NCBI GenBank assembly: GCA_964427935.1
Contig: CAYRWH010000002.1
Coordinates: 1-34,424, forward strand
DNA: 34,424 nucleotides
Direction of reading: 5' to 3'
Source of the DNA: an uncultured Halobellus sp.
Lineage (GTDB): Archaea; Halobacteriota; Halobacteria; Halobacteriales; Haloferacaceae
Shown: in pieces, positions 8,639 through 19,107 of the stretch
Layout: the number at the start of each line of letters is the position of its first letter
Numbering within the stretch: the first letter of the stretch is position 1
Program-made: the position numbers and the translations under genes
Notes under the pieces: generated by a model
Told to the model about the DNA's origin: nothing
Databases searched by the model: none
What the model saw: only the letters and a program-made list of their open reading frames with translations

Positions 8639-8899
8639 ATGACTGACACGAACCCGCCGGAAGAGGCCGATACCGACCCGACAATCGCCGACCGTGTCCG
8701 CTCACACCTGTCGGAGAACCGTACCGGCATGTTTCACGACCTCGTGTTCGCGGTGACGTGGGTAGCGCTCGTCTCCCTGCTGTTTGATTTCGTCTTCGTC
8801 GATGCCCCGACGTGGGCGTACTACATGTTCATGCTGACCGGGATCCCAGCGTATTTTGGGTTCTTTATCTCACTAGAGGTCGCAAAAGAAAACCGCTGA
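8639..8899 (+). CDS. Small 2-TM hypothetical membrane protein
   Basis: Acidic N-terminus, two hydrophobic segments, haloarchaeal codon usage. Confidence 0.7.
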   Translation: MTDTNPPEEADTDPTIADRVRSHLSENRTGMFHDLVFAVTWVALVSLLFDFVFVDAPTWAYYMFMLTGIPAYFGFFISLEVAKENR

Positions 8900-9159
8900 G
8901 GGGTCGTTTGGTTAATATGCGGAACGCCCGCGCTGGGCCCCGAGCTACTGATGTTTCTTGTGAACAAACCGTTAGCAGGCATCGGATCACCGTCGCGTAC
9001 TGTCCCACTGCTGAGTTCGAGCTGCCAAGCGTCTGAGAACGGGGTCTGATTTGTCCCTTCCAGAACCGTTATACACGCTTTTGCGGTACAGTAGGGTGTG
9101 ACAGACCGAACAGTATGTCGGTCAGTTCCGCCTCGTGGCCCCGACTGCTGGTGGTCTGA

Positions 9160-10179
9160 GTGAGTCGAGTAGAGTATTTTCTGCGACGGCTACTGTTATC
9201 CATTCCGGTCGTATTCCTTGGCGGCACCCTCACCTTCGTCATCTTCCGGTTCGGGCCAATTGATCCAGCGGCGGCGATCGTCGGTGAGGCCGCTACGGAG
9301 GCATCGCTTGCGGAATACCAGAACGTCCGCGAGCAGCTCGGCCTAACACAGCCGGTAACGACCCACTACGTCGAGTACATGATCGGGTTGTTTACGCTAC
9401 AACTCGGCGAGTCGTGGGTGCTGGCACCAGGGGCGAGTATTATCGATCTACTGTTGATTTACGGCCCTCGAACGGCGTGGCTTGCGTTCTGGGCCGTTCT
9501 CATCCCATTATTTGTTGGCATCCCACTCGGCGTGTACGCCGGGCTGAGGGCGAACAGTAAGCGGGATTACGGAATCTCGGCGTTCGGGATCGTGTGGCGG
9601 GCAATGCCCAACTTCTGGCTCGGGGTGATGCTGCTGGCGCTGCTTTCACAGTCGGAATCGCTCCTCGGATTAGACTGGAGTGGGTGGATCGTCGAAACGT
9701 CCGTCACAGGGTCACCGGACTTATCGAACCTCCTCTCGGTGGAGGGCTTCTTGGCGGCTACAAAACAAGTCCTTCCACCAGCGATCGTCCTCGGATCGGC
9801 ATCAATGGGGAGTGAACTCCGGATCGGTCGGACGGCCGTGTTAGAAACGATCAACTCGGGATACGTAGAGACTGCCAAGGCGAACGGTGTCACCCAACGT
9901 TCACTGGTCTGGAAGCACGTGCTTCGGAATGCGCTGGTTCCTCTGGTTCCAACCATTACCAACGAGGCGTTCCTACTGATCGGCGGCGCAGTTATCGTTG
10001 AAGTCGTCTTCGGTATCCAAGGAATTGGCTGGCTGTTCTTCCAAGCAGCACTCAACGGGGATATGCCGCTTGTCACCGGTCTCGTGTTCGTATTCATCCT
10101 CGCAGTGGTGATAATAAACGTGATTCAAGACCTCCTGTACGTGCTTATTGACCCGAGAGTGGGATACGAGGGACAGTAA
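9160..10179 (+). CDS. dppB: Dpp/Opp-family ABC transporter permease B
   Basis: PIDPA motif, EAA loop (YVETAKANGV...KHVLRNAL), DLLYVLIDPRV C-terminus. Confidence 0.92.
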   Translation: MSRVEYFLRRLLLSIPVVFLGGTLTFVIFRFGPIDPAAAIVGEAATEASLAEYQNVREQLGLTQPVTTHYVEYMIGLFTLQLGESWVLAPGASIIDLLLIYGPRTAWLAFWAVLIPLFVGIPLGVYAGLRANSKRDYGISAFGIVWRAMPNFWLGVMLLALLSQSESLLGLDWSGWIVETSVTGSPDLSNLLSVEGFLAATKQVLPPAIVLGSASMGSELRIGRTAVLETINSGYVETAKANGVTQRSLVWKHVLRNALVPLVPTITNEAFLLIGGAVIVEVVFGIQGIGWLFFQAALNGDMPLVTGLVFVFILAVVIINVIQDLLYVLIDPRVGYEGQ

Positions 10180-10181
10180 AC

Positions 10182-11870
10182 ATGGACGCAAAACCACTCT
10201 CTGAACGTGTTCGTGCGAAGCCACGCCCGGCGGCTCTATGGGTAACTGGGCTCGTGATACTCCTTGCCGTTGAGTTTGGGTCGGTTGCCGGCGGCGTCCT
10301 CGAAATTGGAGAGGTGGCTGCGTCCACAGGAGGGATTGCGGCCGAAGCAGTCGCTGACGCACTTGCTTCAGGGGGGGTCGCACGCGGCGGCGCGCTTGGT
10401 TTCCTCACTATTGGGGCACTCTCTGTAGGGTGGCTTTTTACGGTGCTAACCGCGCGTCCGTTTGTCGGTGGATATCTGAAGAACTCATCAGTCCGGACAC
10501 GGTTCACGGTTGATGTCCTCACCGCCGCCGCTGCGTTGTCCGCGTTTGGTGCCGTAGTCGTGTGGCTTGGTGCCTTCGAGTTCCTCCGCGGGGTCGGTGA
10601 GGTCGCGAGGCTTGTCATTGAACGGGCGACTACCGTTCCGACTCTCACCGGAAGAGAAACAATCCCGAATGAAGGATATCAAACACCAGATGGGACTTGG
10701 CACGGGACGTTTCTGGGTCTGTCACCGGCTACTGCGTGGGCACTTCGCGTTACCGTCGTGTTCGTGTATGCCGCCTTGTGGGTGGTCTGGATCGGGCTCG
10801 GGTATCGCTGGTTCCGGCGATACTACCGGCGTGCCGACTGGACTCCCCGAGACGACGTGATTCAACGGCTCCGATACCACCGGTGGGGCCAGTTCGGGTT
10901 CACAATCGTGTTCGTGTTTCTGACGCTCGCGGTGTTCGCGTCCTCGTTAGGAACTGCCCCAGCCGACCAGAACCTCTACGAGCCGTTTTCACACTCCATC
11001 CAGTACTACGATGAGAGTGCCGAAGCGGTTGAGACGATCCTTGTCGGTGACGCAAATCTCGATTCACGGTCAGTCGGGTACGAGGCAGAGAATGTTGGGC
11101 CACTGAGCTACGATGCGTATGACCGATTCCATCCGTTTGGGACGCTCCCTGACGGAAAAGACCTATTCACGTTCCTTGTACACGGCGCCCGGGTATCACT
11201 GTCGGTGGGCATCGTGAGCGTCCTCATCGGCGGAACACTAGCGACCGTCTTTTCGCTGGTATCAGCGTACTACCGGGGGGTGGCCGACTTACTGCTTGTC
11301 ATCACAGGTGATACCATCATGGGTATCCCGCGACTGCTCCTGCTCATCCTGTTTACTGTACTGTTTGCGGACACGTGGCTCGGAAGCTTGTACAACGGTG
11401 GTGTGCTACTCGCAGTGGTGCTTGCGGCAACCGGGTGGCCGTACCTCTGGCGCGCATTTCGTGGGCCGATGTTACAGGTTTCAGAGCGAGAGTGGGTCGA
11501 CGCCGCACGCAGTTACGGTCAATCTCCCTCACGGATCATGCAGTTACATATGCTCCCGTATCTGGTCGGCTACCTGTTGATCTACTGCTCGATGGTGCTT
11601 GGGGGTGTCATCCTCGCTATCGCTGGGCTTTCGTTCCTTGGGCTGGGGATCACTGCTCCGACACCGGAATGGGGACGTGCTGTTGACCTCGGCCGTGAGT
11701 ACGTCGCAACGACATCGTGGCACATATCACTAATTCCAGGAGTGATGGTGACACTCGTTGTGATGGGGTTCAACGCCATGGGAGACGCCCTTCGGGACGC
11801 CGTCGATCCAAAGTCGGATGATGGTGTGAGTTCAAGTGCTGAAACGAGTGCTCGAGGTGGTGGTGTATGA
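10182..11870 (+). CDS. dppC: Dpp/Opp-family ABC transporter permease C with long N-terminal membrane extension
   Basis: HPFGT...GARVSL, EWVDAARSYG, GLSFLGLG...PEWG and GDALRDAVDP motifs. Confidence 0.92.
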   Translation: MDAKPLSERVRAKPRPAALWVTGLVILLAVEFGSVAGGVLEIGEVAASTGGIAAEAVADALASGGVARGGALGFLTIGALSVGWLFTVLTARPFVGGYLKNSSVRTRFTVDVLTAAAALSAFGAVVVWLGAFEFLRGVGEVARLVIERATTVPTLTGRETIPNEGYQTPDGTWHGTFLGLSPATAWALRVTVVFVYAALWVVWIGLGYRWFRRYYRRADWTPRDDVIQRLRYHRWGQFGFTIVFVFLTLAVFASSLGTAPADQNLYEPFSHSIQYYDESAEAVETILVGDANLDSRSVGYEAENVGPLSYDAYDRFHPFGTLPDGKDLFTFLVHGARVSLSVGIVSVLIGGTLATVFSLVSAYYRGVADLLLVITGDTIMGIPRLLLLILFTVLFADTWLGSLYNGGVLLAVVLAATGWPYLWRAFRGPMLQVSEREWVDAARSYGQSPSRIMQLHMLPYLVGYLLIYCSMVLGGVILAIAGLSFLGLGITAPTPEWGRAVDLGREYVATTSWHISLIPGVMVTLVVMGFNAMGDALRDAVDPKSDDGVSSSAETSARGGGV

Positions 11871-13162
11871 CTGACGAGATGGAGTCTTCTGAGCGCCGTA
11901 GCGATAGTACACAATCGGAGCGCTCAGAGCCGTTGCTTTCCGTAGTCGATCTCCGGACGACGTTTAGGACTGATAAGGAGACTGTCCATGCTGTCGACGG
12001 AATCTCGTTTGCTGTGTCCCGTCATGAAACGCGTGCGATAGTCGGTGAAAGTGGTTCTGGCAAAAGTGTCACCGCGCGGTCCGTGCTTGGGCTGATAGAC
12101 CCTCCCGGTCGTGTTCACCCTGACAGCAGGATTCGGTACCATGATCCGGCGTTCGTTCAGTCGGTTGCGCGGACCCATCCGGATGCCGTGTCGTATGGTC
12201 CGGACGCCGAAGCTAAGACAACCGCTCAGCCAACAACCGACGTTGAGAACACGTTCGTGAGAATTCAGGAAGGTACAGGAAGCGGCAGTGACGTACAGGT
12301 AACACGTGGGTACGTCGATCTGGTTGCCGCCCCGAGCGCAGTGCGACGGTCGGTTCGAGGCAAGGAGATTGCGATGGTGTTTCAAGACGCAATGGACAGT
12401 TTGAATCCGGTGTATACGGTCGGAAACCAGATCAAGGAGCTGTTACGAACTCACCGTGATCTTACCGGATCAGAGGCAACTGAAGCAGCTGTTGACCTGC
12501 TTGCGAGCGTTGGTATCCCTGACCCACGTCGTCGGCTCCGTGAGTATCCGCATCAGTACAGTGGCGGAATGCAACAGCGGGCGACAATCGCTCTCGCGCT
12601 TGCCTGTGACCCAGAGTTACTGATCTGTGACGAACCGACGACGGCACTCGACGTAACTATCCAGGCACAGATCCTCGAACTCCTTGAGAAACTCCAGCGA
12701 GAGCGTGATCTCGGTATCATCTTCATCACTCACGATATGGGTGTTGTTGCCCGGATCGCGGATAGAGTCTCGGTGATGTACGCCGGTGAAGTGGTCGAGT
12801 CCGCGTCGGCCAGCGCTTTGTTTAACGATCCGAAACATCCGTATACACAAGGACTGCTCCAGTCTATTCCCGGCCTTGCTGCCGACGGTGAGTGGTTGCC
12901 AACTATCGATGGGTCAGTGCCAACACCAACTGAGCCTGCGAGTAATTGTCGATACGCTCCCCGTTGCCCGAAGGCGTTCGGGGCGTGTGACACTGTTCAT
13001 CCGGAACGCATCCCAACAAACAGCAACGGAGAAGACGGCGATGACCACCACGTCGCTTGTCTCCTGTACCCAGACGGCGAGACGGAACCAGCCCGGCTAG
13101 AACAACACCGAACGGCGGCTGATGATACCCTAGCAGATGAGAGAAGAAAGACAGATGAGTAA
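11867..13162 (+). CDS. dppD: Dpp/Opp-family ABC ATPase D
   Basis: [33 protein letters not shown]-terminal Cys motif. Confidence 0.94.
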   Translation: MTDEMESSERRSDSTQSERSEPLLSVVDLRTTFRTDKETVHAVDGISFAVSRHETRAIVGESGSGKSVTARSVLGLIDPPGRVHPDSRIRYHDPAFVQSVARTHPDAVSYGPDAEAKTTAQPTTDVENTFVRIQEGTGSGSDVQVTRGYVDLVAAPSAVRRSVRGKEIAMVFQDAMDSLNPVYTVGNQIKELLRTHRDLTGSEATEAAVDLLASVGIPDPRRRLREYPHQYSGGMQQRATIALALACDPELLICDEPTTALDVTIQAQILELLEKLQRERDLGIIFITHDMGVVARIADRVSVMYAGEVVESASASALFNDPKHPYTQGLLQSIPGLAADGEWLPTIDGSVPTPTEPASNCRYAPRCPKAFGACDTVHPERIPTNSNGEDGDDHHVACLLYPDGETEPARLEQHRTAADDTLADERRKTDE

Positions 13163-14480
13163 CAGTGAGACTGCGCCGCTCGTTGAGGTTGAGGACCTTC
13201 GAACGTATTATTCGTCTTCCAGACTGTTCGAGAGTGATCCAGTAAAAGCGGTCGACGGTGTTTCACTAGCTATCGAGCGTGGCGAAACGCTCGGGGTGGT
13301 TGGTGAGTCCGGCTGTGGGAAGACGACGCTCGCCCGCAGTATTCTCCGGTTGGAAGACATCACAGAGGGACGTGTCACATACGCCGGCGAGGACATTACC
13401 ACCTACAATAGGGCCGAGCTGAAAGACTGGCGACGGAACGCTCAGATCGTATACCAGAATCCGACATCCAGTATCAACGAGCGAATGACTGTCGGTGAGG
13501 TAGTTCGCGAACCGCTCGATGCCCATGACCAGTTGGCACCGGGACAGCGCCGCGAACGCGTTCTCGAACTGCTCGAAACAGTCGGGTTGAAAGAAGAGCA
13601 CTACTACCGGTACCCACACCAGTTTTCGGGCGGTCAACGGCAGCGAGTGGGAATTGCCAGAGCATTAGCGATCGAACCGGAGTTTATCGTGCTCGACGAG
13701 CCGGTTTCAGCGCTTGACGTGAGTGTACAGGCTAAAATCCTCAATCTACTCAAGCGACTCCAAAATGAGTTCGATCTGACGTACTTGCTTATCGCACACG
13801 ACCTTTCCGTGGTACGGCACATCTGTGACCGAGTCGTCGTAATGTATCTCGGACAGGTGATGGAACAGGCGCCGACCGAACAGCTGTTTTCGTCACCACA
13901 GAACCCATACACGAGAGCACTTCTTTCGGCGATCCCACGCCCCGACCCCGACGCGGATCACGGGCGCGTTCCGCTCCACGGGACACCGCCAAGCCCACGA
14001 AACCCTCCATCCGGGTGTGTGTTTTCAACGCGTTGTCCGGTGGTGATCCGACCAGACGATGCGCCAGCTCTCACCGACGAAGCGTGGGAGCGTGTCGATC
14101 GGTTCCGTGACGTGGTCCGAGACCGGGCCACAACCGATCCGTCCCCTGTTGAGCGGATTAAGGGGTCGCTCGGGTTTCAAACGAGGTTCACACCCATTGA
14201 GGAAGTACGGACGGAGCTGTTTGCCGACGTAGATCTCCCGGCATCAGCGGTTGAGACGATAGAGACTGCCACAAAATTGGTTTCGGAAGGGAACCCGGAC
14301 GGCGCGATGTCGGAGATCAGGGCAGAATTCGCTGGCGTCTGTGAGCGTGAAGCTCCGATTCTCCACGCCGCAGAAGGAGAGACAGACCAACTGAGCCGTT
14401 GTCATCGACACCGCGACTCGTATGCCAACCCCGAGTCAGTTGCGCCAGAGGAGAGCGGAGTTCCGGAGACAACACGATAA
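13155..14480 (+). CDS. dppF: Dpp/Opp-family ABC ATPase F
   Basis: GESGCGKT, YPHQFSGGQRQR, DEPVSALD. Start ATG 13155 overlaps the dppD end. Confidence 0.94.
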   Translation: MSNSETAPLVEVEDLRTYYSSSRLFESDPVKAVDGVSLAIERGETLGVVGESGCGKTTLARSILRLEDITEGRVTYAGEDITTYNRAELKDWRRNAQIVYQNPTSSINERMTVGEVVREPLDAHDQLAPGQRRERVLELLETVGLKEEHYYRYPHQFSGGQRQRVGIARALAIEPEFIVLDEPVSALDVSVQAKILNLLKRLQNEFDLTYLLIAHDLSVVRHICDRVVVMYLGQVMEQAPTEQLFSSPQNPYTRALLSAIPRPDPDADHGRVPLHGTPPSPRNPPSGCVFSTRCPVVIRPDDAPALTDEAWERVDRFRDVVRDRATTDPSPVERIKGSLGFQTRFTPIEEVRTELFADVDLPASAVETIETATKLVSEGNPDGAMSEIRAEFAGVCEREAPILHAAEGETDQLSRCHRHRDSYANPESVAPEESGVPETTR

Positions 14481-14553
14481 GTTGTCGATTAGGGCCGTGA
14501 TCAAAGTAAAATCCGAGAGCAGCCGGCAAGGCGAGGGCGCGTATCCGTATTAG

Positions 14554-16353
14554 TTAGCTGCGATCTCCTAGCGAAACCTCGTTGAACGAGTGACTGTACT
14601 GCGACCCGTAGATCTCATAGTTCTCTACCCAGTCGTACCAGTAGTGCTCCTCGATCGGGTGGTACAGCGGGAGCATCGTCATGTCTTCCCAGTTCTGTTG
14701 TTCGAGCGTTCGGTATACCTCGTTGCGAACGGACTGTGCCTCTTCATCGGGCGTACGGTGGTCTTGGTACCGCTCCCAGGCGTCAGCGGCCGTTTGTGCC
14801 GCCTCACTCATCTCCCCATCACCTTGGCCCCAGTTACTCCAGGCGAACGGGGTCGGATGCGCGAACTGAAGAACAGCGTCTGCTTCGAGCCACTCAAGTG
14901 CGTTCCACGTACCGAACACGTCGATATCTCCGTCTATCGCACGGTTAGTGAGTGTGGTTGCCGGGGCCTCCTCGATTGTGAGATCGATGTGTACACTCTG
15001 TGCGCGATCTCGAAGCTCACTGGCGATTTCACCCCACTCCGAGGCTTGTGAATCGGACGGATGCTGCATTGCCGTCTCGTACATGTTATCGGGCCCATAT
15101 CCAGCATCTTCCATGAGCTGACGGGCGCTTTCAATATCGGAGGTTCCACGTCCGTAGGGGTACTCTTCTTCAGCCAACTGTTCGTATTCTTCTGGGCCGC
15201 CCGGGAACGCAGCCGGTGGTGTGATGAAATACGCTGGCGTTCCCTGCCCTCGAACCGCCCGATCGACGATCGATTCCTGATTGATAAGATACGCGATAGC
15301 CTGTCTTGCGGCTTTCTCGACCGTCTGAGTGTTCAGGATCAGATACTGGGTACGGAGAAGCGTTGCTTCGCCGTAATTGAGCGTCTCGTCGTTCGAGACT
15401 GGTCCGTACGTCCCGAGTTGTCGGTCTCCCTCTAGTTGCTCGTCGATGTCCAACAGATCAGGGTCAAACTGTGATCGAGGAAGCTCAAACAGGTCGGCGT
15501 TGCGGTTCATCGCCCGGTTGTACTCGGCGTTCGGGTCTTCGATGATCTGCCACTCGATTTCGCTGAGGTTAGCGACATCCCCGTGATAGTCATCGAAGCG
15601 CTCGACACGGATCGTGTTCCCTCGGTCCCACTCGGCGAATTGGAACGGCCCGGTTCCTGGGATGTTGCCGTCAGCGAATTCCTCGTACGATAGCTCACCC
15701 TCATATCCCTCGATATCGCCAACGATGCCCTCTGGGATAACCGAAAACCGGGGGTCAGTAAGCGTTCCGAGTGTCCCGTGGAACGGTGACTCAAGTTCCA
15801 TCTCGACCGTATACTCATCGACGGCCTCAACCGCGAGAGAGCCGGGGACAATGTTATCGTCGTCATCACGCTCGTGGGCGATAGACATCGTTCCACCGAC
15901 GATCACATCAGCGTGGCCGCGATTGTTTTCCGACTCAGCAAGCCGACGCCACGAGTACACGACATCGTCCGCGGTTAGCTCCTCACCGTTGTGGAACTGG
16001 ACACCCTCTTTGAGGAAGAAGGTGTATGTGAGAAAGTCATCAGATACCTCGTGATCTGTCACTAGCTGCCCGGTTACCGGTGGTGTCCCGTTCTCGTAGG
16101 TGAACAGCTGTTCGTGAGTTTGCCAATTTGCTCGGGCCGACCCGGGACCATTAATCCCGATCGGATCGAGTGTCTGATTCGCGATCTGCATCAACTGGAG
16201 TACGTTGTCTCCCAGATCCTCGCTACCGTCGGTATCATCACCGACCGGATCCTCGTCGGCACAGCCGGCAAACGCCGTTGCGGTTGCCACGCCGGTCGCC
16301 GTCAGGAACGTTCGCCTGTCGTAACTGTTGTCGGTCACAATACTACTACCCAC
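14554..16353 (-). CDS. dppA: ABC substrate-binding protein family 5, Tat lipoprotein
   Basis: RRTFL twin-arginine plus AFAGC lipobox; FHNGEELTADDV and GTGPF motifs. Exact start uncertain. Confidence 0.92.
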   Translation of the reverse strand: MGSSIVTDNSYDRRTFLTATGVATATAFAGCADEDPVGDDTDGSEDLGDNVLQLMQIANQTLDPIGINGPGSARANWQTHEQLFTYENGTPPVTGQLVTDHEVSDDFLTYTFFLKEGVQFHNGEELTADDVVYSWRRLAESENNRGHADVIVGGTMSIAHERDDDDNIVPGSLAVEAVDEYTVEMELESPFHGTLGTLTDPRFSVIPEGIVGDIEGYEGELSYEEFADGNIPGTGPFQFAEWDRGNTIRVERFDDYHGDVANLSEIEWQIIEDPNAEYNRAMNRNADLFELPRSQFDPDLLDIDEQLEGDRQLGTYGPVSNDETLNYGEATLLRTQYLILNTQTVEKAARQAIAYLINQESIVDRAVRGQGTPAYFITPPAAFPGGPEEYEQLAEEEYPYGRGTSDIESARQLMEDAGYGPDNMYETAMQHPSDSQASEWGEIASELRDRAQSVHIDLTIEEAPATTLTNRAIDGDIDVFGTWNALEWLEADAVLQFAHPTPFAWSNWGQGDGEMSEAAQTAADAWERYQDHRTPDEEAQSVRNEVYRTLEQQNWEDMTMLPLYHPIEEHYWYDWVENYEIYGSQYSHSFNEVSLGDRS

Positions 16354-16452
16354 TCAACGGATTAATGAGTGATTACAGTGGCAAATGACGGTTATTTCCT
16401 GTGACACGGAATCTGCGGGTCGCATAACTAACAGAGACACACCGCAGCGTCT

Positions 16453-16842
16453 CTACGCGAACACAACGAACCGGAACAGCCACAGCGCGACCATTCCTAC
16501 GGCTATCGTCGCGAACACGTTCTCAGTGCGCCAGGCGACGACCGCGGCTATCGCCCCCGCAAGTAGCCGTTCGTCGGCGAGCGTTGCAACTGCGCTTGGC
16601 CGCACCGTGAGCAGATCGGGAACCACGAGCGCCGCGAGTACCGCGGGCGGAACGTACCGAAGCACTCGGCTCACTCGCGGTGGAACCTTGTCGATCCGGC
16701 CGAACAGGTGAATGAAAGAGAGTCGGAAGCCGTATGTCGCGACTCCGATGACGAAGATGGCGATCCAGATACGGGCCGCGTCCGGAGCTGTCGCATCCGT
16801 CGCGAGTGCCACCAAGGTCGTCGGATCCGTGTCGACGGTCAC
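16453..16842 (-). CDS. azlD: AzlD-family branched-chain amino acid transport protein
   Basis: LRYVPPAVLAALV motif; GTG start overlaps the azlC stop (GTGA). Confidence 0.88.
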   Translation of the reverse strand: MTVDTDPTTLVALATDATAPDAARIWIAIFVIGVATYGFRLSFIHLFGRIDKVPPRVSRVLRYVPPAVLAALVVPDLLTVRPSAVATLADERLLAGAIAAVVAWRTENVFATIAVGMVALWLFRFVVFA

Positions 16843-17513
16843 ACAGCCACCTCCTCGGTGATGAGCCCGGCGACAATCCCCCCGAGCGCGCCGGCTAACA
16901 GTCCGAGATTGAGTGGGAGTCCCGCGGCGACGACCGCAACGCTTCCGCCGACGGCTCCGGCGACGGTTGACGGTCGGTCCTTCATCGCGGGGACAAGAAG
17001 CGCCAGAAAGACGAGCGGGACGGCAAATGTTAGCCCCCACTCTTCGGGGACACCGGCGCCGAGTACGACACCGACAATCGTCGCGACCTGCCAAATTATC
17101 CACAGCGATCCGGCCGCGCCGAGGTAGTATTTCCAGCGGCTGCGGTCGTCGTTCTCCGCGAACTCGGCTACAGACAGTGCGTACGCTTGGTCAGTGAGGA
17201 CGTACGCCAACGCCGCGCGAATCCGGGCGCCGTATCGGGCGAAATGCGGCGCAATCGACGCCGAGTACATCACCATCCGCAGGTTGATCACGACGGCGGT
17301 CCCGATAACGACCGCAAGCGGCGCGTTCTCCCCGAGCAGTTCGAGTGCGGCCAGCTGTGAAGCCCCTGCGAACACGATCACGGACAGTCCGACCGCCTGA
17401 ACAAGCGTGAACCCGACTTCCACGGCTGCGATCCCGGCAACCAGCCCGAACGGGACGATTCCTAGGAGGAGCGGCGAGACATCTCGCACGCCGGCAAGGA
17501 TATCTTCATCCAT
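16839..17513 (-). CDS. azlC: AzlC-family protein
   Basis: VFAGASQ, INLRMVMYSAS and LTDQAYA motifs. Confidence 0.93.
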   Translation of the reverse strand: MDEDILAGVRDVSPLLLGIVPFGLVAGIAAVEVGFTLVQAVGLSVIVFAGASQLAALELLGENAPLAVVIGTAVVINLRMVMYSASIAPHFARYGARIRAALAYVLTDQAYALSVAEFAENDDRSRWKYYLGAAGSLWIIWQVATIVGVVLGAGVPEEWGLTFAVPLVFLALLVPAMKDRPSTVAGAVGGSVAVVAAGLPLNLGLLAGALGGIVAGLITEEVAV

Positions 17514-17576
17514 GATGGGTGGTCTTCGTCACCGTGACGGGTGGCTGATCCGTGCTACCTGGAGGGCACGCGACCG

Positions 17577-18440
17577 TCATTCGCGCGGATAGGGATGCTC
17601 GTCGTACTTCGCCGAGAGGTAGTCGGCGTGTTCCAATTTCGTGTTGGCCTTCCGAACGGTCCCGAGAAGCGAGTGAATCTCCCGTTCTGTTGGGTGCGCC
17701 CGGCCCAACAGTCGGCGCATCAACAGCGCGTTCTTTTCCTGCCGGTGTGACCGCTGTCCCGTCGCATCGAGAAAGTCGTCGAAGAGGTCGTGAAACCGCT
17801 CGATGTCCGCTTCCGGCGCTCGGGTGACCGCCGTGTCGGGAAGCTGAACCTCGTCGACCGTCAGGTCGCGTAGCTCGTACAATAACACCGTTGCTGCCTG
17901 GCCTAAATTCAACACCGGGTAGTCGTCGTCTGCGGGGATCGAACACACCTCATCCAGTTGACTAAGTTCGTCGTTGTTGAGTCCGCGGCCCTCGCGCCCA
18001 AAGACGATGGCTGTCGGGGCCTCGACGGTACGTAACGACTCCCGCAGTTCCGCGGGCGTCTTAAATGGCCACCGCTCGTGGCGGCGGTCGTCCTCGCCGG
18101 TGATCGCCGTTGTGCCGACCGTGTGGTAGTTCTCGACGACCTCCTCGAAAGTCACCTCGTCGGCGTTGGGGAGGACATCCTCGCGGGCGTGCCCCGCGAA
18201 GCCGTAGGCTTCGCCGTCTTCCGATAGCTCCGGTGGGTCGACCAGCTTCAGATCCGTAAGCCCGAAGTTCTTCATCGCTCGCGCGATAGTGCCAACGTTG
18301 CCCGGCGTCTCTGGCTCAACCACGACAACAACTGGCTTCGTCCGGGCGTCGTCGTGCTCCGCGGTGTCGTCCCCAGCATGGGTGGGGTTCGTTCCGTCGT
18401 CCTCGTTGCCGGTCGTCTCGTTCCCTGTGTCCTCGCTCAT
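17577..18440 (-). CDS. trmJ: SPOUT tRNA methyltransferase, TrmJ/LasT family
   Basis: [27 protein letters not shown] and YPVLNLGQA motifs. Confidence 0.9.
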   Translation of the reverse strand: MSEDTGNETTGNEDDGTNPTHAGDDTAEHDDARTKPVVVVVEPETPGNVGTIARAMKNFGLTDLKLVDPPELSEDGEAYGFAGHAREDVLPNADEVTFEEVVENYHTVGTTAITGEDDRRHERWPFKTPAELRESLRTVEAPTAIVFGREGRGLNNDELSQLDEVCSIPADDDYPVLNLGQAATVLLYELRDLTVDEVQLPDTAVTRAPEADIERFHDLFDDFLDATGQRSHRQEKNALLMRRLLGRAHPTEREIHSLLGTVRKANTKLEHADYLSAKYDEHPYPRE

Positions 18441-19048
18441 CGGTTCGACGGATAGTCGGTAGAGAGGTCGACACCGGCGTCCTGGAGGTCAGCCTCACTC
18501 ACGCCATCGTCCTCGGCGTCCTCGTCGCGCTCGTCTGCCGATCCTTCGCCGGCGAGTTCGCGGATGTCGATCCGCTCTCCCTCGAACCCCGCCTCGACCC
18601 GCTGCTGGATCTCCTGCTGGTCTGGAAGCTCCGGAAGCGCCTCGGGATCCTCGTCGACGTGTTCGACGGCAGCGTATCCGTCGGGTGCCTCGTTGCCGGC
18701 GGCGATCCACTCGTGGAAGCGGTCGCCGAACTCCGTGGTTCCTTTGTGGTCGCTGCCGCCCGCCTCGCGGAACCAGTAAATGAAGTCCGGTTCGTGTTCA
18801 GGGCACAACAGGACCTCGCCGCGGGGCTCGCCGTAGACGATTTCGGCCTCGCGGCAACGGTGAATCTCGCTTTCGCCGTGTTCGAGGTAACAGACGTCAC
18901 ACGGCTCCTCAACGAGCGCGACGAGCCGAACGAGTCGTTCACGGGGATCGTCGGGGATCTCGTCGAGCGGCCGCAACTCGCCGTCCTCGGTGATGATCTC
19001 TTCCTCGTCGAACCGCCATCCGCGGAGGCCGACGCTCACTTTCGCCAT
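18437..19048 (-). CDS. Acidic hypothetical protein with CxxC...C...CxxH motif
   Basis: Starts [13 protein letters not shown] (ATG 19048); acidic haloarchaeal composition; 4-nt overlap with trmJ. Confidence 0.82.
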   Translation of the reverse strand: MAKVSVGLRGWRFDEEEIITEDGELRPLDEIPDDPRERLVRLVALVEEPCDVCYLEHGESEIHRCREAEIVYGEPRGEVLLCPEHEPDFIYWFREAGGSDHKGTTEFGDRFHEWIAAGNEAPDGYAAVEHVDEDPEALPELPDQQEIQQRVEAGFEGERIDIRELAGEGSADERDEDAEDDGVSEADLQDAGVDLSTDYPSNR

Positions 19049-19107
19049 AGACGAGCTACGCCCGGAACTGATAAAAACGCGTCCTTCCGCCCGCCACGCC
19101 GATACAG

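Noticed and set aside
9098-9163. Short ORFs immediately upstream of dppB
   Set aside because: Only 14-21 codons, no motif, and two competing frames; cannot be supported from sequence alone.
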